Source of the DNA: Fonticula alba ATCC 38817
Taxonomy: Eukaryota; Protista; Nucleariida
Length of the DNA stretch: 41,554 nt
Strand: one strand, 5' to 3'
Assembly (NCBI GenBank): GCA_000388065.2
Contig: KB932208.1
The translations under genes were made by a program, and so were the position numbers. Numbering within the stretch: position 1 is the first letter of the stretch; every line of letters starts with the position of its first letter. The notes beneath the pieces were generated by a model. That model had not been told where the DNA came from, did no database searches, and saw nothing but the letters and a program-made list of their open reading frames with translations. This document shows positions 1 to 12,363 of the stretch, in pieces.

Positions 1-112
1 CGGCCGCATCTCCTCCCCTCCCTCCCTTGCCCCTTCAGTCGCCGTTGACTCCGCCAGCGCGGATGTCTCGCTCACGGCCGGAATAGCTGGGCACGCCGCC
101 ACGGCGGCTGCC

Positions 113-2355
113 ATGCCGGCAGATCCCTCAGCCTCGGCGTCCGCGCGCGAGCTCCTCACCTCGGCACCGGCCACCACGCGGCAGCGTATGCTATCCGCCT
201 CGCTTGGGAGTCTGGTCACCTCGCTTGTTGGTGCGCACGCCTTCCCCCCTCCCCCGCGCCCCCCCCCCTCCCGTCTTCCATCCTCCCTTCGGTTTTGTCC
301 GGAGCCCTTTCCTGCTGCCTGCCTTCCATCCTGCCGCCTAATGCGCACGCGCTCCCCCCCCCTCCCGTGGCATCGCAGTCACTCCGCTTGACGTGGCCAA
401 AATCCGCCTGCAAGCACGCCCCGCGACAGCGGCGGCCGCTCCGCCCACTCCGGCTCCGGTGTCCAACATGGCCTCAGCCAGCAGGATGAACCCTCATGTT
501 CCGCCGCCCGGTGCCGGGTTTTCGCCCCTGTCGCCGGCGCGCCTGTCGCTGGCTGCCTTCTCCGAAGCCACCTGCACATGCGCCCTGTACTTGGAAAACT
601 TCCGCCTGCACGGGTTCCCCTTCTCCCCGCCGGCGACGCCCACCCCGTCGATGGGGGTGGCTGGTTTGTCCCCCGGAGCGCCCCATTCGTTTGCTCGCGG
701 CTTTGGGATCGGCGCCCCGTGTGCCCTCTTCTTCGGCCCATCAATTCCCCACGCCGGTGCGGGGACATTCTTTTCCTTTGACCACCGCTGGTCCGGCCCA
801 ACGCTGGCAGCCGGCGGCTCCTCGGCAAATGCCCGGTCCACCACCGCCGCCGCCGCCGCCGCCGCCCCTCCCGGCGCCTCCCACAGCCGGCCCTTTCACG
901 CCCCGTACCAGCAGGCGCCGCCCCCCCAATTTCTCCGTCCATCTACCAGCAGCCCCGGCACCATGACGGCCAACCCCGGCGCCGCCCGGCTGTCCTTCCT
1001 TGCGCGGGAGTTCTTCCCCGGGGTCAGCCCGGACACCCTGGCCCGGGCCACTCCAGCGGGCTCCGGTCCCGGCGTCCATGCGGCCACCTCGCGTCTTGGT
1101 GGCCTCTTGGCCGGAGCCTCCTCCCTTCTGGCCGGGGACCGGCGGCCAGGTGGGGCCGGCCCCCGGCCCCCGGGTCTGATGGCCACCCTCTCGGACATTG
1201 CCCGGACTGAGGGTTTGTTTGCCCTTTGGCGTGGCCTCGGTGCATCACTGTATGTGCTTCCCCTTCCTCCTGTGTCCACACACACACACCCACACTTCCT
1301 AACCTTTGTCGATGCCTCGGCATTTTCCTCCCTCTCTCTCTCTCTCTCCCCGCCTCCCCTTTCAAACACATCTTTCAGGATCATGGCCATCCCAGCCAAT
1401 GTGGTCTACTTCGCCGGGTATGAGGCTCTCCGCGAGCAGCTCCAGCAGGGCATTCGCCTCTCCTTTCCTTCACACTTCTCGCCGGCCGGCGGATCGCCCA
1501 TTTCTGGCGGCGCTGTGGCCGGGCTCTACACCATGGCTCCCTTCCTGGCGGGGAGCTTTGCGCGCAGTGCGTCCCCCCCTTCCCTTCCCTCCTGCCCTCC
1601 TGCCCTCCTGCCCTCCTGCCCTCCCCTCTCATCGGACGGCACACGTTCTGACTACCTCACCGCCACACTCCCCTTCCCCNNNNNNNNNNNNNNNNNNNNN
1701 NNNNNNNNNNNNNNNNNNNNNNCCCCCCCCCCCCCCCCCCCCGGCAGTCATCGCTGCCACATCCATCGCCCCACTGGACCTAGTTAAAACTCGCCTGCAA
1801 CATACCCCACATGCCACCCTCCGTGGCACGCTCCAGTCGACGGCAGCCAGCTGGCGCGCGGCCGGAGGCGGGCTCACCGGTGCGCGGCGCACTTTCTGGG
1901 CCGGCCTCGGGCCCACCCTCGCCCGAGATGTCCCCTTCTCCGGGATCTACTGGGTCGGATATGAGACCCTACGGCCGGTGCTGGTGGATCACCTTCTCAG
2001 CATTCGTCGGCCGGGGACCGACCCATTGGTCGGGCCGCTGTCGGACAATTCGGTGATCCTGCTGTCGGCCTTCGGGGCGGGTTTCGCCAGCGGTGCCACC
2101 GCTGCCCTGCTGACCACCCCCTTCGATGTGCTCAAGACTCGCATGCAGGTGGCTGGCGGCAGCCCGGCAGCCGGGTCGGGGGCGGCGGGTGCCTCTCGTC
2201 CCGGGGCCCTGGCCCTGGCCCGGTCAATCGTAGCCACCGAGGGTCCTGCTGCCCTGGCTGCCGGGTCCCTCCCTCGGGTGCTGCGCACGGCTCCGGCCTG
2301 CGCCATCATGATCGCCGCCTATGAGGCCGGCAAGCGCCTTTTCCCATCCTCCTAG
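113..2355 (+). CDS. SLC25A39/40: Mitochondrial carrier, SLC25A39/SLC25A40/Mtm1 subfamily; 4 exons (113-230, 379-1249, 1379-1566, 1748-2355), about 594 aa
   Basis: Three Px[DE]xx[KR]xR signature motifs (TPLDVAKIRLQ, APLDLVKTRLQ, TPFDVLKTRMQ). Subfamily-typical segments IARTEGLFALWRGLGASL-IMAIPANVVYFAGYE, RDVPFSGIYWVGYE and RTAPACAIMIAAYEAGK. GT-AG junctions keep the frame (1785 nt = 595 codons). The gap at 1680-1722 lies in intron 3. Confidence 0.92.
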
Positions 2356-4335
2356 AAGAATGGACGCTCCTCCCTCCCTCTTCTTGCCCCCTTCTCCCCT
2401 CCTAGCCTCACCTGCTCCTCGCATGCCCCCCTCCCCCTGTGGTGTCGCGTACATGCGTGCATACGATGGGTGATGCTCTTCGCCACCTTTCTTGCCCCCT
2501 TCCCTCCTGTCCTTGTGTACCTCCCCATTATCTCCCCTCTCTCCCCCCTCTCTCCCTCCCTCTCCCTCCCTCCCCCTCCCTCCTGTGGATCTTGTCATCA
2601 ACTGATGTATCTCCTTCCTGGGGAGGAGGACTACTGCCTGCGATGCCCTGCATGGCAGTCCCTCGCAATACATTTGCACACCCCGCTTTTCCCCGTTTCT
2701 GCCAGCCTCTTCCTTCCTCTCTGTGCGTGCGCGTGTGCGTATGTGTGTGTGTGTGTGACGGTCCCCTACGCGTGTCAGTGCTGTTCCCTCTTGCCAGGGA
2801 ACGAGGGGACTAAACCAAAGTGCACTCCGGCGAGACTCATAATTTCCACCTCTCTTTCATAATACAACTTGTGGCAGGCCCTGTGTTCATTTGGCGGTGG
2901 TGTTTGCGGCTGGTGGGACGCCCCCCCCCCCGCGCTCACCCACAAGGGCGCCCCTTCCAGGGGAATGGGGCCGGATCTCGGTGTTTTACCGTCAGATCAC
3001 CAAGGGGGCAGCTCCCCAAGGTCAACGCCGTTGGACCGGGGCCGATACTGACATTGTAGCCCGATCGGCTTTCAACAGAAGAAGCAGGCACCGCGATCTA
3101 CAATCCCATACCCCCAGGATGGGTCTACTATTCCAGACCTCCGGGCCTCGGTTCCATGGCGGACTAGATCCGCGCCGCCGGAGCGCAAATAGGTGTCGTA
3201 TTCCTCCAAGCCAGCGACCACTTCGCCCGGCCAGTGCCCGGTCCTCGATGAGAGCGGGCAACTTCTTGGTGGTGGTGGTGGTGGTGGTATGTGGTAGCTG
3301 TTTCTTCCGGGCTCCTTTTCTTCGTGTGACTTTTCCCTGTGTGCCAGTCGGGTGTGGGCACCTCGTTGGTGGCCGGGGCCCGTGCCAGCCACACGTCCCT
3401 CACGGCGCGCAGGAGAGCGACAGATGCCCCCCCCTCCCCTCCCAGTGGAGGGGGCCTGGGCATGATCTACGATAGGTTTCCCCAGTTGACTGACTTGGCG
3501 GTGGGCGAGAGGGCAGGGGGGGGGGGGGGGGGGGGCGGGCGGCGGCGGACCATGCTTCGCGCGGTATCCCACCAGCGGGGGTGCCTTGCATGGGGATCTC
3601 CTGGTCCATTCTGGCCCGAGGCCAGGGAGTAAGATGTCCTCTCTGGGAGCCACTGCAGGACACACTTGGGAAAGGGAAGCACCATAGCTTGCGCTCGGGC
3701 GGCACTGGCACAGGCGGGCCCGGGGCCGCGGCATTCGCCTGGCATTCCGTGCGCGCTGGGACGAGGCCCCACGGGCCGGCCGGCCGGCCGGCCAGCGGAT
3801 GGGCAAGGGGCCAGAGAAGGCTGGACACGACGTAGGGTTGGTTGCATTCCCTTTCCCTGTTCCCGGGTGGCAGGTCGCCCCCCATGTCCGCCCGCCGCCC
3901 GCCGCCCTCCCCCCCTTCACCCGCGGATGGATGGAGGAAATCCCCCGCCCCCCGCCCCCGGAGGGGCATCGGGGAAGATGACTGAACGGCGGGCTCGCGC
4001 CGGCGCCGCTGTTTTGAGACACTACGCCCAGCAGACCGATCGGCCATGCTTGGCAATTCCTCCTTCGCCTTTCCGCCTGCCTCCCCTCCCTTTCGCTGCC
4101 CTCCGCCCTCTCCTTCTGCCTTCCCTCTTGTCCTGTCCCCCCCCCCCCTCTTCCTGTAGTTCCCCTCCCCACCCCTCCCTCGCTGCCCCCACCCCTCGTC
4201 CCTCACCCCCGGAAGGGAAGGAAGCCCCAGGCACAGTCGCACGCACACATCCCCGGGGGGCGCTCCTCCCGCGCTCGCGCACCAGTTCAAGGCACCCCCC
4301 CTCTTCGCCTCCCCCCCCCCGCCAGTCAGAGAAGC

Positions 4336-7300
4336 ATGGCCTCCCCACCGGTCTTCTCCTTTGAGGGAAGCCACCACTCGTCGGATGTGTCTCCGTCTGG
4401 GTCGGATTTCCTCGATGACTCCAGCGCCAGCCTCCTCCAGCGGCAGCAGTCGGCCGTATCACTGCCGGACCCGGGGCCATCGGGCGACCGGCGGAGTCCA
4501 CTCCCCCCGCTGGCCTTGAGCGCGCGCCCGACGCGCATTCCCACCCCCCCGCCTCTCGGGGTGCGCGGCCACCAGAGATCCTCCTCCCATCCCTTCCCCG
4601 GCCAGCCGGTGGCCTTCGACGCGGATGGCAGCGACTCGGAATATGACGACCTAGCTGACGTCCTTTTAGATGCCGCCCCCGACTCGGAGCCTCCTCCGGT
4701 GCCGGCGGCCTCGACGCCGGGGCAATTCCTTCGGCCCTTCGCCGGGCAGGCCCCCTGGCGCCTGGCGCTGCCGGGGCACCAGCAATCGGACGCCCTCTCT
4801 CGGGGGTATATCGCCGGGCGCCCGGGTGTCGGGGTTCCCCGGGCCACGGCCACCGCCGGGAATGCCGGCTCCGGCGGTGCCCCACGCGCGCGCTTTGCCC
4901 TCCACTTCCTCGAGCGCGAGATGATGGGCCTGGCGCCGTTGGAGCAGCAGCAGCAGCACCACCACCTGACCGACAGCGAGCTCACCACCACCGGGGGCGG
5001 GCATAGCTCGGCCTTCCCCTCGGACGCGGCATCCGGCTCGGACTTTGACGATGACCCGGAGTCCGGGCTCCGGGCCCCGGGCATCGGGGGGCCCGCCGCC
5101 CCGGCTCCCCACCTGGCCAGCAGCCAGCCCGTGTCGGCGGTCTTCTTCACAGCGCATTCATACACCCTGAGTGACTCGCCGCACAGCCTCTACTCGGTGA
5201 CGGTGCACCCGGCGGCCGGGCTCAGCTTGACAACTCCCTTCAATACGCAGAGCTTGGCCCCAGCCCCGGCGACCACGCTCAACAATCGCGGAACCGTCTA
5301 TGATCCCTTTCTCTTCGACCTGGCCTCGGTGTCACTCAAGTCGGTGGCGGTGCGCGAGACCCCTCCATTCCCCCCTTCCCTCGTCCTAGGGTCCTCTAGT
5401 GTCCCTCCTGGCACTTCTCTCTCTCTCTCTCCCTCCCCTCTGATGGCTGACCCCCCACTCCGCCTCCAATGTCCATCCTGGCCCCCCTCCGTCAATCTCT
5501 CTCTCTCTCTCTCTCTCACGCGCACAACTCCTTGCGCGCAGCAACAAATGTGCCTGCGCGACTCTGAAGTCTTTCGCCAGATCACCCGCGAGGAGTTCCT
5601 ACTCGGCATTAATGGTCGAGAGAAGCACCGCTGCGTGAATCTCATTCGCATGACTGATCACTTCAATGATGTACGCTTTCCTCCTCCCCCCTNNNNNNNN
5701 NNNNNNNNNNNNNNNNNNNNNNNNNNNNNNNNNNNNNNNNNNNNNNNNNNNNNNNNNNNNNNNNNNNNNNNNNNNNNNNNNNNNNNNNNNNNNNNNNNNN
5801 NNNNNNNNNNNNNNNNNNNNNNNNNNNNNNNNNNNNNNNNNNNNNNNNNNNNNNNNNNNNNNNNNNNNNNNNNNNNNNNNNNNNNNNNNNNNNNNNNNNN
5901 NNNNNNNNNNNNNNNNNNNNNNNNNNNNNNNNNNNNNNNNNNNNNNNNNNNNNNNNNNNNNNNNNNNNNNNNNNNNNNNNNNNNNNNNNNNNNNNNNNNN
6001 NNNNNNNNNNNNNNNNNNNNNNNNNNNNNNNNNNNNNNNNNNNNNNNNNNNNNNNNNNNNNNNNNNNNNNNNNNNNNNNNNNNNNNNNNNNNNNNNNNNN
6101 NNNNNNNNNNNNNNNNNNNNNNNNNNNNNNNNNNNNNNNNNNNNNNNNNNNNNNNNNNNNNNNNNNNNNNNNNNNNNNNNNNNNNNNNNNNNNNNNNNNN
6201 NNNNNNNNNNNNNNNNNNNCCCCCCCCCCCCCGCTTCTATGACGGGCGCGAACACATGCACGTGCGAACACATGCATGTGCGGACACATGCAAACGCCCA
6301 CGCCCACGCCCATGCATGCGCGCATGCACAACATCCTGCAGCACCTCTCCCGTCGCCATCGGAGCACCTTCGCCAATATGGAGAAGCTCATGGCAACCGA
6401 TGACAACTTCCGTCGGTATCGGCGGAAGCTGGAGTCCACTTCCACCCCATCAATCCCCTTTGTTGGGCTGATTTTGACCGACCTGATGCACCAGTCGGAG
6501 GCCAATCGCCAGACGGTCGGGTCAACCCAGATGGAGGAGACCCTGGAGCGCATTGAGGGCTTGCAGTCCCTGTCCTGCCTGTATGCGCACCGGTTCTCCA
6601 ACCATTCCGGGGCACAGTCCTTCCTTGGACAGCTGGCTCAGCTGGCCGAGTTCCGTTCGGCCATGGAGACGGAAAACTTCCAAATCTCGACACAGCGTGA
6701 GAGCAAGGAACAGATCCGCATCTTCCTGGACGGCGGAGACCCCTTCTCCATGCTCCCGTCGCCGGTGGTGCAGATGCCGCCGACGCCGTTGCAACAGCTG
6801 GCCATGCAGTCGCTGGCCACCGGGCAGCCAGTATCCCCCCTAGTACCCACTGGCACCGGGTCGTCCAACCCCGGCGGAGCCCAGCCGACACCGCAGCAGC
6901 AGCAGCAGCAGCAGCACCAGCAGCAGCACCAGCACCAGCAACAACAACAACAACAACAGCCGGCTGGTCCCCTCTCGCCGGAGGTGGGTCCACCCATGAC
7001 AGCTGCCGCGTCCACGGGGCCGACCGCGGCCACGGCGGCCACACTGGCTGCAGCCGCCGCGGCAGCAGCGGCAGCCCGGTCAGCAGGGCTCACATCAGGG
7101 TCGCGTGCCGGCTTGGACGTCTCGTCTTCGGAGGACCGCCTGCCACCGGCCTCCCCCCGGCTGTCAGGGCGAATGACGGAGCCGGAGATCTTTGCCACGG
7201 CGCTGCAGCTCCCTGGGGTGGATGTGTCCTCGGCCCTGTCGGAGGTTCCGGAGTCGGGGTGTGTGTCGGCGCAGGCGCCGGGCGACCATCCCCCGGCTCT

Positions 7301-9410
7301 GGGGTCCGGGTCCGGGTCTGCCCATGCCTCGCCAGTTCCCATGGGGGGCATCGGCAGTGGACTTCCCGCCAGCGGGCCGGCCTCGGAGTCGGACTCGGAT
7401 GTGTTTATTCCGACCGAGCCGGCTCCATCGCCAGGGATGCGGCCCCGGTCGGCCCTGGCCACCGGGCCACCGCCAGCCCCCTCCTCGGGGCCATCCACCC
7501 GGTCGGGCGCCTCGTCCTTGGCGACGTCACACAGTCCGCCGACATCGGGTCCGGATGTCGGCGGGCCCGGACTGCCACTGGCTCCAGCCGGTGCATCAGC
7601 ATATGCGCCCTCCGGCCGACACCGGGCATATCACCATCGGCGATCCGCCAGCTCCATCAGCGCCATCAATGTGCCAACGTCATTGCTGGCGCAGGAGCTC
7701 GGCGCCCCGCCGATCTCCAGCAGCATGTCTGTGCGGTCGGTGGGCGGGGGCTCCCGGAATAGCCTGCTCGATGATGACTCGATGTTTGGCTTGTCCCCGA
7801 CGATGGGCTATCCGCCGGAGGTGCCCGCCTTCCTGGGGGCCGGGTTTTGCTGCTTCTGTGGCTGTGCCGCATGTCATGGTGGTGGCGCTGGCGCCGGCAC
7901 CGGACCCGGGGCCCTGGTGGACTCGGTGTCCGAAGCCCCGACCGTCGGGTCGGCCACCGCCACCCCTGGGGCGCTTTTGCGCACGGCCTCCCCGATGACA
8001 CCAATCTTCCCGGGGTGGTCCGGGCAGATGAGCTCGCTGGACGAGGCTCTGCCCGGGGTGGGAGATGGTGGCAGCGCACCGGCCGACGAGCCGCCGGCCA
8101 CCCTGGGACCTGCCTCGCACCACCCTCCGGTCCCATCATCGGGCCATCAGCACAATCACCACCATGCCCCGCAGCCGGGCCATTTGCTCCCTGCACCGGC
8201 CAGCACCCCGGCATCGCAATCGCCCTCGAATTTCTTCCAGCGTCTGAAGAAGACCGTTCGCACGGTGGGCAGCAGCCTCGGCAGCAGCCTCAACATTCAC
8301 CTCGGCGTCGGGGTGGGCCCTGGGACGGTGGAGGTCCCCTTGTGCCGGTGTCGATGGGGCACGGGATCCGATCTCCCTGGGCCGAGCGTGCCGACGATTG
8401 CGGTCCTCTCGCCCGGGTCCACCGGGTCCCCTGCTTCACAAGGGGGTGCCTTCTCGCCGGTTTCCTCCATCTCGCCCATGGGCGGCTCGACCACCACCCT
8501 GCCAGGGCGCTCGGGTGGCGGCGGGGCCGCGTCAACCAGCGCCGAGCATCTCCACCCCTCTGGTGCGGTGGTGGGGCATTTTGCCGCCGGCCAGCGTCGC
8601 GGGGCCAGCGGATCGCCGGGCCCCGGGCCTGGGCCCGGCATTTCCGGGGTCAGCGCCAGCGCCAGCAGCAGCAGCATCGCCGGGCTTGGAGCCGGGGATG
8701 GCCTTGTCGATGGCCCGGGGCACCTGCCCAACTCCACCAGCTGGCCATCGTCTCTGCACCAGACAGCGAGCCCGATCAATGGGGGGACGCCCAGCCGGCC
8801 GGCCAGTCGGAGTTCGCTGCTCGCCACCTCGACCGGGGGCGGGCCCATGTCTCCCCCGGCGGGGGATCTTGTCGGGGCGCCTCCCCTGGGGGGTGATGCC
8901 CGCGATCACCCCCTTCGGAGCCTGGCCATCTTCCATGCGGCCGAGGTGCCAGCCTCCGGGGAGGATCCTTCCACGGCGGCCGCCGCCGGCACGCGCGTCA
9001 GCACGCCGGGGCTGGGGCCGGCGGCGGCGGCGGCGGCAGCGGCGGCGGCGGCCACCGGCTCCGAGGCCACCGGCTCCGAGGCCACCCTCGTGGCGGAGCC
9101 CTCCTCGGCGCGGTCTTCCCACTCGGAGCTTCTGCTGGCGGCCGGTGGGTCGGCCGATTCGGCCGGGGCCTTTGGAGGGTCGGCAGTCGGCACCAACTCC
9201 GCCCTGACCCCGGCTGGCAGCCATCCAAATGTGGCGATCCTGGGGCTGGCGACCACGCGGCTGTCCGAATCAGAGGTGCCCGCTTTGACGGCCACCCCCC
9301 CTCGTGGAGCCCTGGCTCCTCCTCTTCAAATTTCGCCGAGCCCCTCCTCGGCGTCGCTGTCCGCCAGCTCCAGCGGACTGCTGTTCGCACCGTCCCCCTC
9401 ATCCGGCTCG

Positions 9411-9453
<43 letters not shown>

Positions 9454-11587
9454 CCGGCGGCGGCGGCGGCAAGGCGACCGCATCGCCGCGGCCGGGCTCC
9501 GCGCGCATGGCCACCGGCACGCCGCTGGCCACGCCGGTGGGCTTCACTCCCGGCGGGGCGGCCACTCGTCGGGGCCCCAGCATCGGCGGCGCCCTGGAGC
9601 CCGGGCTCGGGCAGCAGCACCAGCAGCTGGACACGTGCGGCCTGTGCGGCCTGCCGCTGCCCCTCTCGCGGGTGGTGTCGCTGGGCCATGTCCGGGTCAA
9701 GTGGTCGCGGGTGCGCTTCTGGCAAATGTCCCGCGAGGCAGGCACACAGACGCTAAGCGCCGGGGCCGATGTTCGCGGGCTTTCGGAGCGCCGCTGGCGC
9801 GAGTGCGTCATCTACCTGATGGCCGGCGCACGGCTGCTATTCTATGTCCCGGGTGCTTCTGGGCAGGCGCTGCCTCGTGCGCGGACCGCCGGTGAACTTG
9901 TGCGGGCTCTTTCTTCCTCCTCCTCTGCATCCTCTGCATCCTCTGCATCCTCTGCATCTTCTTACACTCTTTCTTGCTGCATCCTCCCTCGCTCTTGCCC
10001 TCTGACTGCCGTCCTCTCGGCCCTGTCTCGCCTCCCGCCACTCCCGGCCCGGACGTGACATTGCCCCAGGCCCGGCACCCGACCCTGCCGCACACGGTCG
10101 TTTCGCTGTCACACGAATCGGTGATCCATGTTCTGATCCCACCCAAGGGTGGCGGCGGTAGTGCGGGAGCTTCGTCCGGGCGGTCTGGTGCTGGCACCCG
10201 GCGCCTTGGAACTGGCACTCCCTTTGCAGCCGACCAGGCAGCCGCCCCGGTTGGACTGTCCCCCTCGCGGGAGAGCCTAGTCCTGGAGCCTAGCCCAGGC
10301 AATGGGGCTGGCGCCTCCAACGGCCATGGGCGCAGCTCCTCGGCATCATCCTTCCAGGCGGCCTCTGCCGGGATCGGCGGAGGCGGTAGTCCCCCCCTGT
10401 CGGGCCTCGGGCTGGATGGCGGGCCTGCCGGGAGCGGGGGGGCCGATCCCCGTGCGTCATCGGCCTCCTCCTCCAGCTCGCTGGCTGACGAGGTGGCCGC
10501 ATCGCTGGTCATGACCGCGTCACTGCGTCGCAAGCGCGAAAAGTATGGCTACATTGTCCGGGTCAACAGTCCTCCGGGCACGGAGTTCCTCATCCGGTGC
10601 GGGCGGTCCTCGACCCACCATCGCACCGGGGGCGGGGGCTTCTTCGGTCCGGCGGCCACCCTGGACTCGGAGTCCCTGCTCCGGTGCTTTGCCCTCCGCG
10701 CGCCGGGGATCGGGGCTCGTGTGACGGGGCTCGATCGCCACAGCACTGGCATGATTCGGTCGGCCAGCTTCTCCCTGTCGGACTTGGCGCATGCCGGGCC
10801 GATGGGCGGTGGCCCGCTGACCGCCATCCCCGGCGGAGCTGGCGGTGGGGCTCCATTTTCGGGGCACTTTTCGCTGGACTCGCCGCCGCCGGGGGTGCTG
10901 CGCAGCCGGCCCCTGTCTGGCGGATTGCGCCCACTCGGATCCGACGCCCCGGCCGGGGGGCAACATCTGTCCGGGCTGAGCCTCCTCGATACCGGGCTGG
11001 ATAGCAGCGATGAGGACACCATGGAATACATGCCTGGCGATGTGCCCGTCGGCGGGGGCGCAGACTGGCCGATGGCCGGGCCGCCATCCTTGGCCGGGTC
11101 AACCAGCATGCGTCCTCCGCGCGACCGGCACTCGGCCAGCGCCGGTGCCCTTCCCCAGCAGGTGGCCTGGGGAGGCCCGCCGCCGCCGCCAGGCGGCGCG
11201 GCCTCGGCGGCCGCTATGGCTGCTGCCGCTGCGGCCGCCGCCTCACTCCCGCTACAGGGGATGCGCTTTGTCCCGGAGGACCCCGGCTCTGGGGCCATGT
11301 ATCTGGCGGAGGCACTGCGCACGGCCGTTCGTGCCCATGGGGCCTGCACGGCTTCTGGCCTGACCACGCGCTGCCTGTGTGCCTGCTTGCAATGCGGGTC
11401 CTTCGGCCAGCCGTCGGCCACATCGACGGCGGTGCTGGCCGCGGTTCTGGACGCGGACTCCGGCCGGTCACCCTTGGGTGCAGGAGCGTCGGGCCTCTCG
11501 CCCTCGACACACCCTGGGGCCGGCGGGGTGGTGAGCCCCTCTCCAAGTGGGGCCGTTGCCACACCAAGTCGGTACTCCCTCCGGTGA
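4336..11587 (+). CDS. RasGEF (CDC25 domain, no REM) with a long low-complexity linker and an interrupted C-terminal PH-like domain; RalGPS-like. Exons 4336-5349, 5542-5670, [exon(s) inferred in gap 5693-6219], 6342-9899, 10070-11587
   Basis: CDC25 motifs YDPFLFDLASVSLKSVA|QQMCLRDSEVFRQITREEF...EKHRCVNLIRMTDHFND and HLSRRHRSTFANMEKLMATDDNFRRYRRKLESTSTPSIPFVGLILTDL. Phase-0 introns 5350-5541 and 9900-10069 join the track ORFs. PH-like strands RRWRECVIYL, ARLLFYVP, PHTVVSL, KYGYIVRVN and TEFLIRCG. About 60 aa of the CDC25 core is missing where the N gap sits. Confidence 0.85.
5693..6219. other. Assembly gap inside the RasGEF catalytic domain (other gaps: 1680-1722, 26425-26474, 34855-35048, 36159-36435)
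   Basis: N runs. Four of the five gaps are in or next to C-rich intron tracts. Confidence 1.
6894..6959 (+). repeat. CAG/CAC/CAA poly-Gln/His tract (22 codons) in the RasGEF
   Basis: Encodes QQQQQQQHQQQHQHQQQQQQQQ. Confidence 0.95.
9918..9958 (+). repeat. (TCCTCTGCA)n 9-bp tandem repeat in RasGEF intron 9900-10069
   Basis: About four copies read directly. Confidence 0.85.
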
Positions 11588-12363
11588 GCGGGTGCCACCT
11601 GTCCCCCTCCTCCCCTGTGCAATCCCCCCGCAATCCCACCCGCGAGCGAACAGCCCACTCGCATCCTGTCCTTGAGTTTTCCCCTCCTTCTCGACCCCAT
11701 CTCCCCACCCATGGATGGGTCTCCTATCCTACCTCTGTCTCCCCCCTTTTCCCATCCTCATCCCCCCCCCCCCCTCGCCCATCTACCGCACCTCCCTCTA
11801 GATTGCCCTCCTGGCGTTTGTCGCACAATACACACACTCGCCCCCTCCGTATGTTCCACCATGGTGCGACGACTGTCCTGGGCACATTTGTGTGCATACC
11901 GCCCCCTGTCCCATTTTGCCCCACTGGGAGCCGGCGGAGGAGAGAGGGGCGGCATTGGTAGTATCTAGGCGTACATTTTGGCAGGGAGGGAAAAAAGAAG
12001 CGGAGGAAGAAGAGGGAGGGGAGGAAGAGATCTCAAGGACAGACCCTGGCCATGGTGCAAAGGGGGGCTTTCATTCCCAGCTGACTGCCACGGAACGGGG
12101 GAGATTCAGGGAGGAATGGGCGAGGAAGAAGGAAAAGGGCAGGGGGGGGAGGGGGGGGGGGGCACACCACCTCTCACACGCCATCACCTGGCCCTCCTGG
12201 GACCAGGAGTGGATAATGGATGTCCAGTGGATGGGACACACCCAGGGGGGCGGGCGAGAGGAGAACGGGGGACAGGGAAAAGGAGGGAAAGCATCCGGCT
12301 GCGCGGCCACGCAAGGGACACATGTCGCGCTTGTGTGTCTGTGTGTGCACGCGTGCGTGCGCC

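Noticed and set aside
2973-2998. Hairpin GATCT-CGG-TGTTTTA-CCG-TC-AGATC reminiscent of U5 loop I
   Set aside because: The loop lacks the invariant GCCUUUUAC, and I see no downstream Sm site.
9052-9087. Short direct repeats (GCCACCGGCTCCGAG x2; CCTGCGGCY repeats near 15583-15630) as possible CRISPR or insertion footprints
   Set aside because: These are in-frame coding tandem repeats (ATGSE, PAA) with no unique spacers, and no cas or transposase genes are present.
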